Shown piece by piece: positions 47,519-59,321 of a stretch of DNA of 64,000 bases. Where the stretch lies: assembly GCA_005791875.1 (NCBI GenBank), contig SXTU01000063.1, positions 15,347-79,346 of the forward strand. Reading direction: 5' to 3'. Each line of letters opens with the position of its first letter. The first letter of the stretch is position 1. The position numbers and the translations under genes were made by a program. The notes under the pieces were generated by a model. The model had not been told where the DNA came from and did not search any database. It was given only the letters and a program-made list of their open reading frames with translations. This DNA comes from Verrucomicrobiales bacterium. Its GTDB lineage: Bacteria > Verrucomicrobiota > Verrucomicrobiia > Limisphaerales > SXTU01.

Positions 47519-48436
47519 CTACTTCGACAGCGCCACGATGTAGCGCTGGAAGCGGGTGGTTTCCTCCGCGAGGCCCAGGTTGCTGTAGATGCCGTGGAGG
47601 TTCGAGCAGATGCGCAGCAGGATGCGGCGCGGCGTGACGGCGGCGAGGAAGCCGTCGTGGAAGTCGTGTCCGGAGTTGATGAGGAACTTGATGCAGTCGC
47701 CCTTGGTCATCAGCTTCCCCTTGCGGAAGGCGTCTATGTAAACCTCGCCGCGCGAGGTCTGGAGCCGGCAGATGAAATGCCCCGGCATCCCGATGCCCGT
47801 GACGGGCAGCCGCAGCCGCCGCGCGACGGCCAGATACACGACGGACATGCTCACCGGGTTGCCGGTGCGGCGGTCAATCACACGGTTCAAGTAGCTGTTG
47901 TCCGGGTCGGAGTAATCCTTCTCGTTCCCGGAGAAGCCGAGTTCGTTGAACAGGAAATAGTTGATCGTCCCGATGATGCGATCCAGCGGCGCGCCAAAGT
48001 CCACGCGCACGCGCAGGTCCGCCGCGTAGCTGTCGAAGAGCGCGGAGTAGGCTAGCGCGTTGATGTTCGGGTATTGCGTCTGGCACAGGAGCCAGATGGC
48101 CTGCTCCAAGTCCAGGTCCTCGCCGCGGCTCAGGCAGAATGCGAGGAAGCGGTTGTCCGCCGCGCCGCGCTCGAAGTAGTCCACGATCTCCTGCGCGCGC
48201 CGGCGCAGCACCGGGTCGCTGCTCAAGGTGTGCGCCCGCAGCCATTCGCTCGCCGGTTGGCCCTGCTCAATGAGCTTCGCGCGGATGACTTGGTAGATGG
48301 CGGTGTCCTCGTCCGTGAGCAGCGTGAGGAGCGCGGCGCGCTGGCCCTCGTTGAGGGCCGCCGGAGGATTCGCGCTGGCGGCAGAAAGATTCACGGCTAA
48401 CGCGGGAACACTGGCGGGCAGGCGCGTCAAGTTCAA
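47519..48436 (-). CDS. transglutaminase-like (SirB1/Transglut_core2) family protein
   Basis: NSYLNRVIDRRTGNPVSMSVVYLAVARRLRLPVTGIGMPGHFICR, followed by a TPR-like tail. Confidence 0.8.
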   Translation of the reverse strand: MNLTRLPASVPALAVNLSAASANPPAALNEGQRAALLTLLTDEDTAIYQVIRAKLIEQGQPASEWLRAHTLSSDPVLRRRAQEIVDYFERGAADNRFLAFCLSRGEDLDLEQAIWLLCQTQYPNINALAYSALFDSYAADLRVRVDFGAPLDRIIGTINYFLFNELGFSGNEKDYSDPDNSYLNRVIDRRTGNPVSMSVVYLAVARRLRLPVTGIGMPGHFICRLQTSRGEVYIDAFRKGKLMTKGDCIKFLINSGHDFHDGFLAAVTPRRILLRICSNLHGIYSNLGLAEETTRFQRYIVALSK

Positions 48437-48489
48437 TGGAGAAACCGACCGGCGGTGCGGCGGAGGAATTCACGGTCACACCGCGCGCT

Positions 48490-48524
48490 ACTTTGAACCT
48501 TGAACTTTGAATCCGGAACTTCAC
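48490..48524. repeat. AGT-phased heptamer array (minus-strand phase) in a divergent promoter region
   Basis: The minus strand reads AGTTCCG GATTCAA AGTTCAA GGTTCAA AGTAGC. On the plus strand, ACT/ACC/ATC recurs every 7 nt from 48490 to 48520. Confidence 0.75.
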
Positions 48525-48533
48525 CCTTCGCGC

Positions 48534-48914
48534 ATGGAAACACCCGACCAGCTACGCGAACTCTTCCGGATGCAGAAGGCCCTCAACGAGCGCATTGGCG
48601 TCAAGACCGACGGCATGAGCGAGGAGGAGAAGACCAAGTGGCTCCTCAACTACACCCGCGCCATGCAGCAGGAGATGGCCGAACTGACCGACAGCGTCCC
48701 GTGGAAGTGGTGGGCCAAATACCAGAAGTTCGACGAGCAGAACGCGCGCGTGGAGGTCGTGGACCTGTTCCACTTCCTCATCAGCATGGCGCAGGTGCTG
48801 GGCATGAGCGCGGACGATGTCTTCGCCGCCTACGTGAAGAAGAACGCGGTGAACTTCCAGCGCCAGGACTCCGGCTACACGCAGAAGGACCACGACGACT
48901 CGAAGCATATCTGA
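48534..48914 (+). CDS. dimeric all-alpha dUTPase / NTP-pyrophosphohydrolase (dUTPase_2) family protein
   Basis: ATG 48534 gives METPDQLRELFRMQKALNERIG.... Motifs QQEMAELTDSVPWKWW and EVVDLFHFLISMA. The TTG at 48507 used by the track lies inside the heptamer array. Confidence 0.8.
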   Translation: METPDQLRELFRMQKALNERIGVKTDGMSEEEKTKWLLNYTRAMQQEMAELTDSVPWKWWAKYQKFDEQNARVEVVDLFHFLISMAQVLGMSADDVFAAYVKKNAVNFQRQDSGYTQKDHDDSKHI

Positions 48915-48958
48915 GCGTTGACCAACGCCGGGCCGGGTGCGACAACCCGCAGCATCGC

Positions 48959-49753
48959 ATGAAGAAACTGCTCACGGATTACCGCTGGCCCTCCAGGGCG
49001 GTCTGTCTCGCTGGTGCCGGCGCGATTGCGTGGTGACTGATACGAAGTGGCAGCCTTGAACCGTTAGTGAAGTTGGCTTTGTTCGGCTTTGCCGTGTGTG
49101 CCGTCGCGGCGGAGGAATGCTGGCGCTGGGGAGGTGCGTGGCAACGGCAGGCCAGCGCTCCAAATGAGCCTTGGCTCTGGCGCTCCGATTGGGCGCGGGG
49201 CGAAGTGGTGTTTTCCACAGGCTCCGAGGCCATGGCCCGATGGCTGCTGGTGCTGGTCCCAGCGGGAGTCGGCTACGGATTTGCGTTCATGGGCATCCTT
49301 GATCACGGGCTTCATGCGATCATCACTGACTGGGCAACCTAGGCGATTACCGCGATCGTAATGTGTTTCGTCGCTTATGCCATGTTCGCCACCCGGCGGT
49401 GGCTGCGGCAGGGTCGAGAATCGATCCTCCGTCTGGGGACGCTTCCTGGTCGCGTGGGAGGCAAACTTAATGGGATCGTTAGCATCCAGTCGCGGCGGCA
49501 CGCGGCTGAGGGTTTTAAAATCCGCCTCAGACGCCTCCTACACGATACGGTTTCGTCCCAGTTCGGACCATTCCCGGTGGTTGCGCAAAATGCGGGACGC
49601 AAGCGCCTCGAACTACCGGTGAGCTTCGACATCCCGGCGGGCGTCCAGCCGACCAGCGACGACGCGCAGCATGTGGAATGGGTGGTCACGGTAACAGCCC
49701 ACAGCGAACGGGACGACTTTGAAGCCTCGTTCGAGGTGCCGGTCTTTGCCTGA
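48959..49753 (+). pseudogene. hypothetical multi-pass membrane protein with C-terminal beta domain, interrupted by in-frame TGA and TAG
   Basis: ATG 48959 gives MKKLLTDYRWPSRAVCLAGAGAIAW, then TGA (49034-49036). The same frame continues through track ORF 49067..49342, hits TAG (49340-49342), and continues through ORF 49361..49753. The second stop lies inside a predicted TM helix (AIITDWAT*AITAIVMCFVAYAMFA). Confidence 0.6.
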
Positions 49754-49788
49754 CGCCCCCGCACTTTCGCTTCATCAACCGCGACTCA

Positions 49789-50829
49789 TCAGGGTCTGGG
49801 GAGCACTTCAGACTTGAGGAACGCCACCAGCTGCTCCGCATACACCCGGTTCGCCTTTGCGCTCGGATGGCCGTCGTGCGGGGCGTTGGTGTTGCCTGGC
49901 ACGGTGAGCGGCACGGAGATGTCCACGGCCTTGATGCCCGCAACGCGGCACCACTCCAGCATCGGCCCGGCGTCGGAGCTGATGCCGGCCACGATGAACG
50001 GGATGCCTTCCTTCAGGCAGACGCCCGCCCAGTTCTTGAGCAGCGCGCGTGAAACCTCGTGGCTGCGGACGCGACGCTCCTCCGCGATGTTCGCCTGTTG
50101 CTCCATCCAGTGCACGAGTGCGGACTGCCGTTGCAACGGCCACTCGGCGTAGGTCGCGGGCGCACCGTCGTAGCTGAGTTCGCCGACGTCGTTGTGGCGG
50201 GCGAAGGGGTAGATCAAATCCGGCAAACGGTTGTAAGGCGCGAAGCCCTTCTGCCAGATGCGGACGTTCGTGCTGCGAAAGTCGTGAAACAGCCCATAGG
50301 CCACGACCACCATCGCCGGCTTGCCGCGCTGCTTGAGCAACTCCTGAAACAGCAGCCGCTGGTGGAGCGTGCCGTAGCCGGACACGCCGCCGTTCGCCAC
50401 TTCGAACTCCGGCAACGCTGCCTGCACGCGCCAAGGGTAAGTGTCCTGGTCATTCAGCGACCAGCCGTGCGTGAGCGAGCAGCCGAGAATCCACAGCTCC
50501 GGTCGCGGCTTCACGTCGGGTGCGAGCGGCGGATGCGCGGTGCGCAGGCCGTTCGTGCCGTGCGTGACGCGGAACTCGTAGCCCGTGGGCAGCGTGATCT
50601 TGAACGCGCCGGGGAAATGCGCGAAGCCGCCCTCGGGCAACACACGGAACAGCTTTCCGCCCGGCTCCACGCGGATGTCCGCCGGTTGCGCGGCAAAGGG
50701 CTTGAAGCCGCGCACGCGCGCGAGGACTTCGCCCACCAGCGCCGCGACGAGCAACGCGAGCAGCACCGTCGCCGCGATGAACGCGGGGCGGCGGCGGGGC
50801 GGCGCGGGCGGCTGAAGTCCGGTGGACAC
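49789..50829 (-). CDS. SGNH/GDSL-type hydrolase with N-terminal membrane anchor
   Basis: N-terminal TM helix AFIAATVLLALLVAALVG. Catalytic-type blocks ILGCSLTHG, GGVSGYG and DGHPS. Confidence 0.75.
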   Translation of the reverse strand: MSTGLQPPAPPRRRPAFIAATVLLALLVAALVGEVLARVRGFKPFAAQPADIRVEPGGKLFRVLPEGGFAHFPGAFKITLPTGYEFRVTHGTNGLRTAHPPLAPDVKPRPELWILGCSLTHGWSLNDQDTYPWRVQAALPEFEVANGGVSGYGTLHQRLLFQELLKQRGKPAMVVVAYGLFHDFRSTNVRIWQKGFAPYNRLPDLIYPFARHNDVGELSYDGAPATYAEWPLQRQSALVHWMEQQANIAEERRVRSHEVSRALLKNWAGVCLKEGIPFIVAGISSDAGPMLEWCRVAGIKAVDISVPLTVPGNTNAPHDGHPSAKANRVYAEQLVAFLKSEVLPRP

Positions 50830-50926
50830 GCGCCTCCTTTAGCCGCTAGCCCGGTGAATTGCCACGCTGAAGCTCGGGACGGCTGGCGGACAGTGGCGCA
50901 CTTCGCAGTTCTCACGCCGAACCGGA

Positions 50927-52375
50927 TTGGCTAGGCTCCGCGCCATGACTCCGAACCGCTTGATGCCAGTTCTACTCGTAGCGATCCTTGCGTTCACTTC
51001 CAGCCAATCGATCTCCGCCGAGGCGAAACGTCCCAACGTCCTCTTCCTCTTCGCCGATGACATGCGCGCCGACTCGGTCGCCGCGCTGGGCAACCCGGTC
51101 GTGAAGACGCCCACGCTCGACGCGCTGGCGCAGCGGGGCTTCGTGATGCGCAACGCCTACTGCCTCGGCGGCAACTCCGGCGCGGTCTGCACACCCAGCC
51201 GGAACATGCTGCTCAGTGGCAACGCCTACTTCCGCTGGAAGGACTTCACGCCGCCGCAGGGTGCGAAGGGAATGCTCTCGCCCGGCGATGGACCGAACTG
51301 GCCGCTCTCGATGAAGGACGCCGGTTACGAGACCTACCACGAGGGCAAGCGCGGCAACACGGCGCTGCTCATCCAGGCGAAGTTCGAGCACAACCTCTAC
51401 ATCAACGAGAACGCCGACCGCACTGGCGGCGAGCCGGGCAAACAGATTGCCGACGACGTGACGAAGTTCCTCAAGGAGCGCAAGGCCCCGCGCCCCTTCT
51501 TCATGTATCTCGCCTTCGGCAACCCGCACGACCCGCGCATTGCAGCGCAGAAGTATCACGACCTTTATCAGCGCGACAAAATCCCGCTGCCGAAGAACTA
51601 CCTGCCGCAGCACCCCTTCGACAACGGCGAGATGACCGTGCGCGACGAGGCGCTGCTGCCCTGGCCCCGCACCGAGGCCGGCGTGCGCAAGGAACTGCAC
51701 GAATACTATGCCACCATCACCGCTATGGATTTCCACATGGGCCGCATCATCGCCACGCTCAGGGAGCTCGGGCAGCTCGACAACACGCTCATCCTCTTCT
51801 CCGCAGACCAGGGCATCGCCATCGGCAGCCATGGCCTGCTCGGCAAGCAGAACCTTTACGACGCCGGCATGAAGTCCCCGCTCATTTTCGCCGGTCCCGG
51901 CATCCCTCACGGCGCGAGCGACGCCCTGGTTTATCTGCTCGACATCTACCCGACCGTGCTTGACCTCGTCGGCGTGGCGAAGCCCGCGGGCATTGACGGC
52001 CAGAGCTTCCGTCCCGTTCTCACCGGCTCCACGAAGACCGTGCGCAACGAGATGTTCTTCGCCTACCGCGATCTTCAGCGCGCGTGGCGTGATGACCGCT
52101 GGAAACTCATCCGCTATCCGCAGGTGAACGTGACACAACTCTTCGATCTGCAGGCCGACCCCGACGAGATGAAGAACCTCGCCGACCTCCCCGCGCACAA
52201 GCCGCGCGTCGAGCAACTGCTGGCCAAGCTCAAGGAATCGCAGGCCAAGTTCACCGACACCCTCCCGCTCACCGTGCCGAATCCCAAATCCGCCAAGTGG
52301 ACGCCACCCAGCGCGGAGCAACTGGCGAAACAAAAGGCCGGGAAGAAGGCGGAGAAGAAGAAGGAGGCGAAATGA
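50927..52375 (+). CDS. sulfatase (formylglycine type), secreted
   Basis: PNVLFLFADDMRAD and CTPSRNMLLSG (CxPxR), with a Lys-rich C-terminal tail. An alternative ATG is at 50945. The 496-aa minus-strand ORF 50972..52462 is antisense shadow. Confidence 0.9.
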   Translation: MARLRAMTPNRLMPVLLVAILAFTSSQSISAEAKRPNVLFLFADDMRADSVAALGNPVVKTPTLDALAQRGFVMRNAYCLGGNSGAVCTPSRNMLLSGNAYFRWKDFTPPQGAKGMLSPGDGPNWPLSMKDAGYETYHEGKRGNTALLIQAKFEHNLYINENADRTGGEPGKQIADDVTKFLKERKAPRPFFMYLAFGNPHDPRIAAQKYHDLYQRDKIPLPKNYLPQHPFDNGEMTVRDEALLPWPRTEAGVRKELHEYYATITAMDFHMGRIIATLRELGQLDNTLILFSADQGIAIGSHGLLGKQNLYDAGMKSPLIFAGPGIPHGASDALVYLLDIYPTVLDLVGVAKPAGIDGQSFRPVLTGSTKTVRNEMFFAYRDLQRAWRDDRWKLIRYPQVNVTQLFDLQADPDEMKNLADLPAHKPRVEQLLAKLKESQAKFTDTLPLTVPNPKSAKWTPPSAEQLAKQKAGKKAEKKKEAK

Positions 52376-52638
52376 CCGCGTCAGTGCGCAGTGCGGATAA
52401 TTCACCGTTGACGGTTGGCGGGGAACGGCTAGAACGAGCACTCGCTTGCGGGCGGCGGTCAATCAGCGCGGCTGGTTTCGCTTATCGCGGGCATAATCAA
52501 AACCGAAATCGGCGTGGGCGGCGGTCGTGGGGCTTGCAGTCGGGTGGCGGCTGAATTACACCACCCCCCGCCGTGACCAATTTCGTGTCCGGTTTAACCT
52601 GAGTAGTTGCACGTGAAGCAAAATTGGGTTGGTCGCAG

Positions 52639-52654
52639 TGTGAAACAATTCACA
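52639..52654. promoter_or_regulatory. perfect CRP/FNR-family-type palindrome TGTGA-N6-TCACA upstream of actA
   Basis: The sequence tgtgaaacaattcaca is centred about 45 nt upstream of the actA ATG (52692). It is a 16-bp AT-rich perfect palindrome in GC-rich DNA. Confidence 0.5.
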
Positions 52655-52691
52655 AGCTGGCGCCGACGCCCCTGACAAAACTCAACGCACC

Positions 52692-53342
52692 ATGTCAGAC
52701 ATCTTTCCGAAATGGACGAACAAGCTGCCCGCGATGGTGATCGTGGGCGGGCTGATCGTCGGTGGCGTGGTCACGGCGGGCATCACCTACTACATGACGC
52801 CCAAGTATGCGCGCGTCGGCTACACGCCGGTGCAACCGGTGGCCTTCAGCCACGCGATTCACGCGGACCAACTCGGACTGGACTGCCGCTACTGTCACAA
52901 CGGCGTCGAGAAGTCCTGGTATTCCAACGTCCCCGCCGCCAGCACGTGCATGAACTGCCACAATCAGGTGCTCAAGGATGACCCCAAGCTCGCGCTCGTC
53001 CGCGAGTCGGCGGCGACTGGGAAGCCGGTGCCTTGGGTGCAGATCCACAAGACGCCCGACTTCGTTTACTTCAACCACGCCGTCCATGTGAACCGCGGCG
53101 TCTCCTGCGTGCATTGCCACGGCCCGGTGAACAAGATGGACGAGGTGCGCCACAGCAAGTCACTGGGCATGTCCTTCTGCCTCGAATGCCACCGGGACCC
53201 GGCGGCCAAGATTCGTCCCAACGAACACGTCTTCAACCTCGACTGGCAGGCCCCCGAAGGCTTTGCCAAGAGCGGCGGCGCGAAGCTAGTCAAGGACTGG
53301 AACGTGCATCCCGGCGAGAGCTGCTCCGTCTGCCACCGATGA
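52692..53342 (+). CDS. actA: Alternative Complex III subunit ActA (membrane-anchored pentaheme cytochrome c)
   Basis: N-terminal TM helix. Five CxxCH motifs: CRYCH, CMNCH, CVHCH, CLECH and CSVCH. Confidence 0.9.
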   Translation: MSDIFPKWTNKLPAMVIVGGLIVGGVVTAGITYYMTPKYARVGYTPVQPVAFSHAIHADQLGLDCRYCHNGVEKSWYSNVPAASTCMNCHNQVLKDDPKLALVRESAATGKPVPWVQIHKTPDFVYFNHAVHVNRGVSCVHCHGPVNKMDEVRHSKSLGMSFCLECHRDPAAKIRPNEHVFNLDWQAPEGFAKSGGAKLVKDWNVHPGESCSVCHR

Positions 53343-56300
53343 AATCCATCCCTCCTGTCTGTCCCGAGCCGGAAACCGGCCCGCAATACTTCCGCAGCCC
53401 CGAGGCGATGGCCAATTCCGCCCAGCTTCAGGAATGGGCCGAGCGCGAATTCCCTGCTGGGGCCAGCGAGTTGACCGCCGCCGAGTCGCGCCGCGACTTC
53501 ATGAAGCTGATGTCCGCGTCCTTCATGCTGGCGGGCTTCGGCCTCACGGGCTGCCGCCGGCCCACGGAGCACATCTATCCCTTTGGCAAGCAGCCGGAAG
53601 GCTACCTCCACGGCGTGGCGCAGCATTTCGCAACCGCCATGCCCACGCGCACGGGCGCGATTCCGCTGCTCGCGAAATCCAGCGATGGCCGGCCGACGAA
53701 GGTCGAGCCCAACCCGCTGCATCCTGACCAGGCTGGCACTGACCAATTCGCGCAAGCCTCCGTCCTCGGTCTCTACGACCCGGACCGCGCGCAGCACTTC
53801 CGCAACAAGGGCAACATCGCCAAGCGGGTGGACGCACTCGACGCTCTCTCGCAAATCTCCAAGAGCGCCGCTGCCAACGGTGGCCGTGGCCTCGCCATCA
53901 TCGTGGAGAGCAACAGCTCGCCGACCCGCGCCCGTCTCCAAGCGGCCATTGCCGCGAAGCTCCCCAACGCGGTTTGGGCCAACTACGACGCGGTGAATTC
54001 CACCATCCACACGCAGGCCGCGAGCCTCGTGACGGGCAAGCAGGTCACGCCTTACTTCAAGTTCGCAGGGGCCAAACGCATCCTCTCACTCGACTGCGAT
54101 TTCCTCGGTGGCGAGGACGAGATGTATCGCTACACGCGCGACTTCGCGAAGGGCCGCAAGATTGCCAAGCCCGACACCGCGCAAGGTTTTGAACTCATCA
54201 GCCGCCTCTACACGGTCGAGTCGTTGATGACGCTCACCGGCTTCAGCGCCGACCATCGCATGCGCGTGGCTCCGAGCCAGGTCGCGGCGGTTGCGGCGCA
54301 GCTCGCGGCGGAAGTGCTCAGGCAGTCCGGTCGCCCCAACTTGCTGAACACCTCCACCCTCGCCGCCAGCTTGAAGGTGGATGTCACCTTGAAGAACTGG
54401 GTTGCGGAATGCGCCAAAGACCTCGTCGCGCACAAGGGCGCGGCCCTCGTCGTCGCTGGTCAGGGCCAACCGCTCGCCGTCCATGTGCTCGCGCACGCAA
54501 TGAACGAAGTGCTCGGCGCGTTCGGCAAGACCATCGAGCTAAACAATGCTCCTGCCGCCGCGCAGCCGCTCGCTGCCGCCGTCGGTGCGGAAACCGTGGT
54601 CGTCCTTGGGGCAAACCCGGCTTACACCGCTTCCGAGACTTGGAACCAGATTGCCAAGTCCGCGAAGACCAGCGTCCACCTCGGTTCCCACGAGGACGAG
54701 ACGGGCAAGGCCGCGACGTGGCACATCCCCGCCGCGCACTATCTCGAATCTTGGGGCGACGCCCGCACCAGCGACGGCACGGTCGTTGCCATTCAGCCGC
54801 TCATCGCGCCGCTCTTTGCCGGCCTGACGGAGACGGAAGTGCTCGGTCATCTGCTTGGCAATCCCACCGCGAATTCCTACTCGCTCACCCGCGAGACGTT
54901 CGCCGCCCTCACCGGTGGTGCGCTTGAAGAAGAGAAGTGGAAGAAGTTCCTGCACGACGGCTTGCTCGAAGGCTCGAAGGCGAACGCGGTTTCCGCTTCC
55001 TTCAACTGGACTGCGGCAGCAGGCGCAGTTGCTTCTGCGACGGCGGCCTCGGCCCCTTCCAAGGACAAGCTCGAAGTCATCTTCCACCGCGACGCGAGCG
55101 TGGACGACGGGCGTTACACGAACAACGGCTGGCTTCAGGAATTGCCCGACCCGATTACGAAGCTCGTCTGGGACAACGCCGTGCTCATCAGCCGCGAGAC
55201 GGCGACGCAGCTCGGCCTGAAGAACGGCGACGTGATTTCGGTTTCTGCCAATGGCCGCATGGTCGAGGGCGGCATCTGGATTCAGCCCGGCATGGCGGAC
55301 TTCACGCTCGGTCTCGCGCTCGGCTATGGCCGCAAGTGGGGCCGCATCGCGAGCTTTGAGGACAAGAGCGTCGGCTTCAACGCCTACCCGCTGCGTCCCG
55401 GCACCGCCGGCCTCATCACCGGTGCGTCCGCGAAGTCCACGGGCCGCACGCACCCGTTCATCTGCACGCAAGACCACTGGACGCTTCACGGCCGCCCGGT
55501 CGTGCGCGAGGCGAACGTGGACCAGTTCCTCAAGAAGCCTGACTTCGCGAAGCACATGGACCTCGATGGTCACACCGAGTTCCTCCCGAAGAACCCGGAC
55601 GGGTCCATCAAGAACATTTACGAGCATCCCTACAAGACCCACCCCGAGCTGGCCAGCAAGTCGCACCAGTGGGGCATGGTCGTGGACCTCAACGCCTGCA
55701 CCGGTTGCTCCGCGTGCGTCATCGCCTGCCAGAGCGAGAACAACATCCCCATCGTCGGCAAAGACCAAGTGGCCAAGGGCCGCGAGATGCACTGGATGCG
55801 CATTGACCGCTACTACGCGGCGGACCCGAGGAAGAAGGAAACGGGCTCAATCCTAGCCGCATTCAAGAGCAACGTCACTGGCAGTCAGGGCAACCCCGAC
55901 ACCGTCAACCTCGTCGAGCGCGACGAGTTGCAGGCGACGAAGCGGTGGATTGACGACCCGCAGGTCGTGACCCAACCGATGATGTGCCAGCACTGCGAAA
56001 ACGCGCCGTGCGAGAGCGTCTGCCCGGTGAACGCCACCGCTCATGATGACGAGGGCTTGAACGTGATGGCCTACAACCGTTGCGTCGGCACGCGTTATTG
56101 CGCCAACAACTGCGCATGGAAGGTGCGCCGGTTCAACTTCTTCGATTTCAACAAGCGCCCCATCGGCGGCGGCAAGATGGCCGACAGCTTCTTCAAGTTG
56201 GACATCGGTCTCTACAAAGGCCCGGCTGGCGTTCGCCCCGGCGACGAGGTGGACATCATCTCGATGGCCCGCAACCCGGACGTGACCGTCCGCATGCGCG

Positions 56301-56698
56301 GTGTCATGGAGAAGTGCACGTTCTGCCAGCAACGTATCGAGGGCGCGAAGATTTCGCAGAAGGTCAAGGCCGGCGCGAGCAACGACGTGGTGGTGAAGGA
56401 AGGCGCGATTCAAACCGCCTGCCAGCAAGCCTGCCCCGCCGGGGCCATCACCTTTGGCAACATTCTCGACCCGAACAGCGCCGTCTCGTTGCTCAAGAAG
56501 CAGAACCGCAATTACTCGGTCCTCGGCTTCCTCGACAACAAGCCTCGCACGACTTACCTCGCGCGCATCCGCAATCTCAACCCCGCCATGCCCGAGGGGC
56601 ACAAACAAATCTGGACCGTCGAGGAATACCGCAGTATCTCGGACCCTCATTTCATGCCGGAGCCAAAGACTGACGGGGCCGCGAAAGGGGCCAAGTAA
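53339..56698 (+). CDS. actB: ACIII subunit ActB (molybdopterin-oxidoreductase-like domain fused to 4Fe-4S ferredoxin-like domain, Tat signal)
   Basis: The ATG overlaps the actA stop (ATGA). Tat signal [24 protein letters not shown]-terminal Fe-S cysteine clusters [40 protein letters not shown] and CTFCQQR. Confidence 0.9.
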   Translation: MKSIPPVCPEPETGPQYFRSPEAMANSAQLQEWAEREFPAGASELTAAESRRDFMKLMSASFMLAGFGLTGCRRPTEHIYPFGKQPEGYLHGVAQHFATAMPTRTGAIPLLAKSSDGRPTKVEPNPLHPDQAGTDQFAQASVLGLYDPDRAQHFRNKGNIAKRVDALDALSQISKSAAANGGRGLAIIVESNSSPTRARLQAAIAAKLPNAVWANYDAVNSTIHTQAASLVTGKQVTPYFKFAGAKRILSLDCDFLGGEDEMYRYTRDFAKGRKIAKPDTAQGFELISRLYTVESLMTLTGFSADHRMRVAPSQVAAVAAQLAAEVLRQSGRPNLLNTSTLAASLKVDVTLKNWVAECAKDLVAHKGAALVVAGQGQPLAVHVLAHAMNEVLGAFGKTIELNNAPAAAQPLAAAVGAETVVVLGANPAYTASETWNQIAKSAKTSVHLGSHEDETGKAATWHIPAAHYLESWGDARTSDGTVVAIQPLIAPLFAGLTETEVLGHLLGNPTANSYSLTRETFAALTGGALEEEKWKKFLHDGLLEGSKANAVSASFNWTAAAGAVASATAASAPSKDKLEVIFHRDASVDDGRYTNNGWLQELPDPITKLVWDNAVLISRETATQLGLKNGDVISVSANGRMVEGGIWIQPGMADFTLGLALGYGRKWGRIASFEDKSVGFNAYPLRPGTAGLITGASAKSTGRTHPFICTQDHWTLHGRPVVREANVDQFLKKPDFAKHMDLDGHTEFLPKNPDGSIKNIYEHPYKTHPELASKSHQWGMVVDLNACTGCSACVIACQSENNIPIVGKDQVAKGREMHWMRIDRYYAADPRKKETGSILAAFKSNVTGSQGNPDTVNLVERDELQATKRWIDDPQVVTQPMMCQHCENAPCESVCPVNATAHDDEGLNVMAYNRCVGTRYCANNCAWKVRRFNFFDFNKRPIGGGKMADSFFKLDIGLYKGPAGVRPGDEVDIISMARNPDVTVRMRGVMEKCTFCQQRIEGAKISQKVKAGASNDVVVKEGAIQTACQQACPAGAITFGNILDPNSAVSLLKKQNRNYSVLGFLDNKPRTTYLARIRNLNPAMPEGHKQIWTVEEYRSISDPHFMPEPKTDGAAKGAK

Positions 56699-56700
56699 CC

Positions 56701-58139
<1,439 letters not shown>

Positions 58140-58140
<1 letters not shown>

Positions 58141-58670
58141 TGAACGCTTACGGTCTCATGGCGGTCTTCGAAACCCCCGCTGACGCGATGCACGCGGCGG
58201 AGCGGGTGCGCGATGCCGGCTACTCCAAGTGGGATGTCCACACGCCGTTCCCCGTCCACGGGCTGGACGCGGCCATGGGCATCTCGAACTCCAAGGTCGG
58301 CTGGTTCACCTTCATCGGCGGCGCGACGGGCTACACCACCGGCATGATCATGATCTGGTGGATGAACGCCTTCGACTACAAGATCGTCATCGGCGGCAAG
58401 CCCATGTTCAGCCCGTTCTACGCCTTCCCGGTGAGCTACGAGTTGACGATCCTCTTCGCCTCCTTCGGCTCGCTGATCGGCATGGCCCTGCTGAACCGCC
58501 TCCCGCGCCTGCACCACCCGCTGCTGAGGAACCGCCGGTTCTGTCAGGGCGCGTCGCACGACAAGTTCATCCTCGTCATCGAGACGGCGGACCCGAAGTT
58601 CAACGCCGACGAAACCCGCAAGCTGCTCGCGTCCGCCGGCAGCAAGCACATCGAGATGGTGGAGGACTGA
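58140..58670 (+). CDS. actD: ACIII subunit ActD (DUF3341)
   Basis: MNAYGLMAVFETPADAMHAAERVRDAGYSKWDVHTPFPVHGLD is typical of DUF3341. The start overlaps the actC stop by 1 nt. Confidence 0.85.
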
Positions 58671-58672
58671 CC

Positions 58673-59317
58673 ATGCGTTACTTCTTCGCAGCTCTCTTTG
58701 GTTTTCTGCTTCTGGCGCTGACCATCTTCGGCATCGCCGGACGGCGCGGCACGGACTTCCGCAAGCCGCCGCTGGAAATCTTCGACGACATGGTGCGCCA
58801 GGCCAAGCTCCGGCCGCAGGTGCCCAACAGCTTCTTCGCCGACGGTCGCAGCTCGCAGGCGTTCGTCGCGGGCACCGTCGCCCAGCGCATCGGCGACCAC
58901 GGCAATGACACTTGGCAGGGCACCGCGGAGAACACCGGCATGGAACCCGGCAAGACGAACTTCGTCGCCACCATCCCCGTGCCCGTTACCGCCGCGCTCA
59001 TGGCCCGGGGCCGGGAGCGTTACAATATCTCCTGCCTCCCGTGCCACAGCGCGACCGGCGACGGCAACGGCATCACCAAGAAAATCGGTGCGATGCCGGT
59101 GGTGGCCAACCTGCTCGACAAGAACGCCATTATCATCCCCGACGGCCAAGTATTCCACATCATCGGCCAAGGCAAAGCCCCGAACATGCAGGGCTACGCC
59201 GCGAACATCGAAATCAATGACCGTTGGGCCATCGTCGCCTACGTCCGCTCCCTCCAGCGCGCGCGCTTCGCGACCCTGGAGGAAGTCCCCGCCGCCGACC
59301 GCGCCACGCTGAAGTAA
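58673..59317 (+). CDS. actE: ACIII subunit ActE (membrane-anchored monoheme cytochrome c)
   Basis: ATG 58673 gives MRYFFAALFGFLLLALTIFG. There is a single CLPCH motif and an MQGY region. Confidence 0.85.
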   Translation: MRYFFAALFGFLLLALTIFGIAGRRGTDFRKPPLEIFDDMVRQAKLRPQVPNSFFADGRSSQAFVAGTVAQRIGDHGNDTWQGTAENTGMEPGKTNFVATIPVPVTAALMARGRERYNISCLPCHSATGDGNGITKKIGAMPVVANLLDKNAIIIPDGQVFHIIGQGKAPNMQGYAANIEINDRWAIVAYVRSLQRARFATLEEVPAADRATLK

Positions 59318-59321
59318 CGAC

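Noticed and set aside
49034-49036. In-frame TGA as a possible selenocysteine codon
   Set aside because: I saw no convincing SECIS-like stem-loop immediately downstream. The same gene also has an in-frame TAG, and other damaged genes carry TAA or TAG. The context (a TM segment) is not redox-active.
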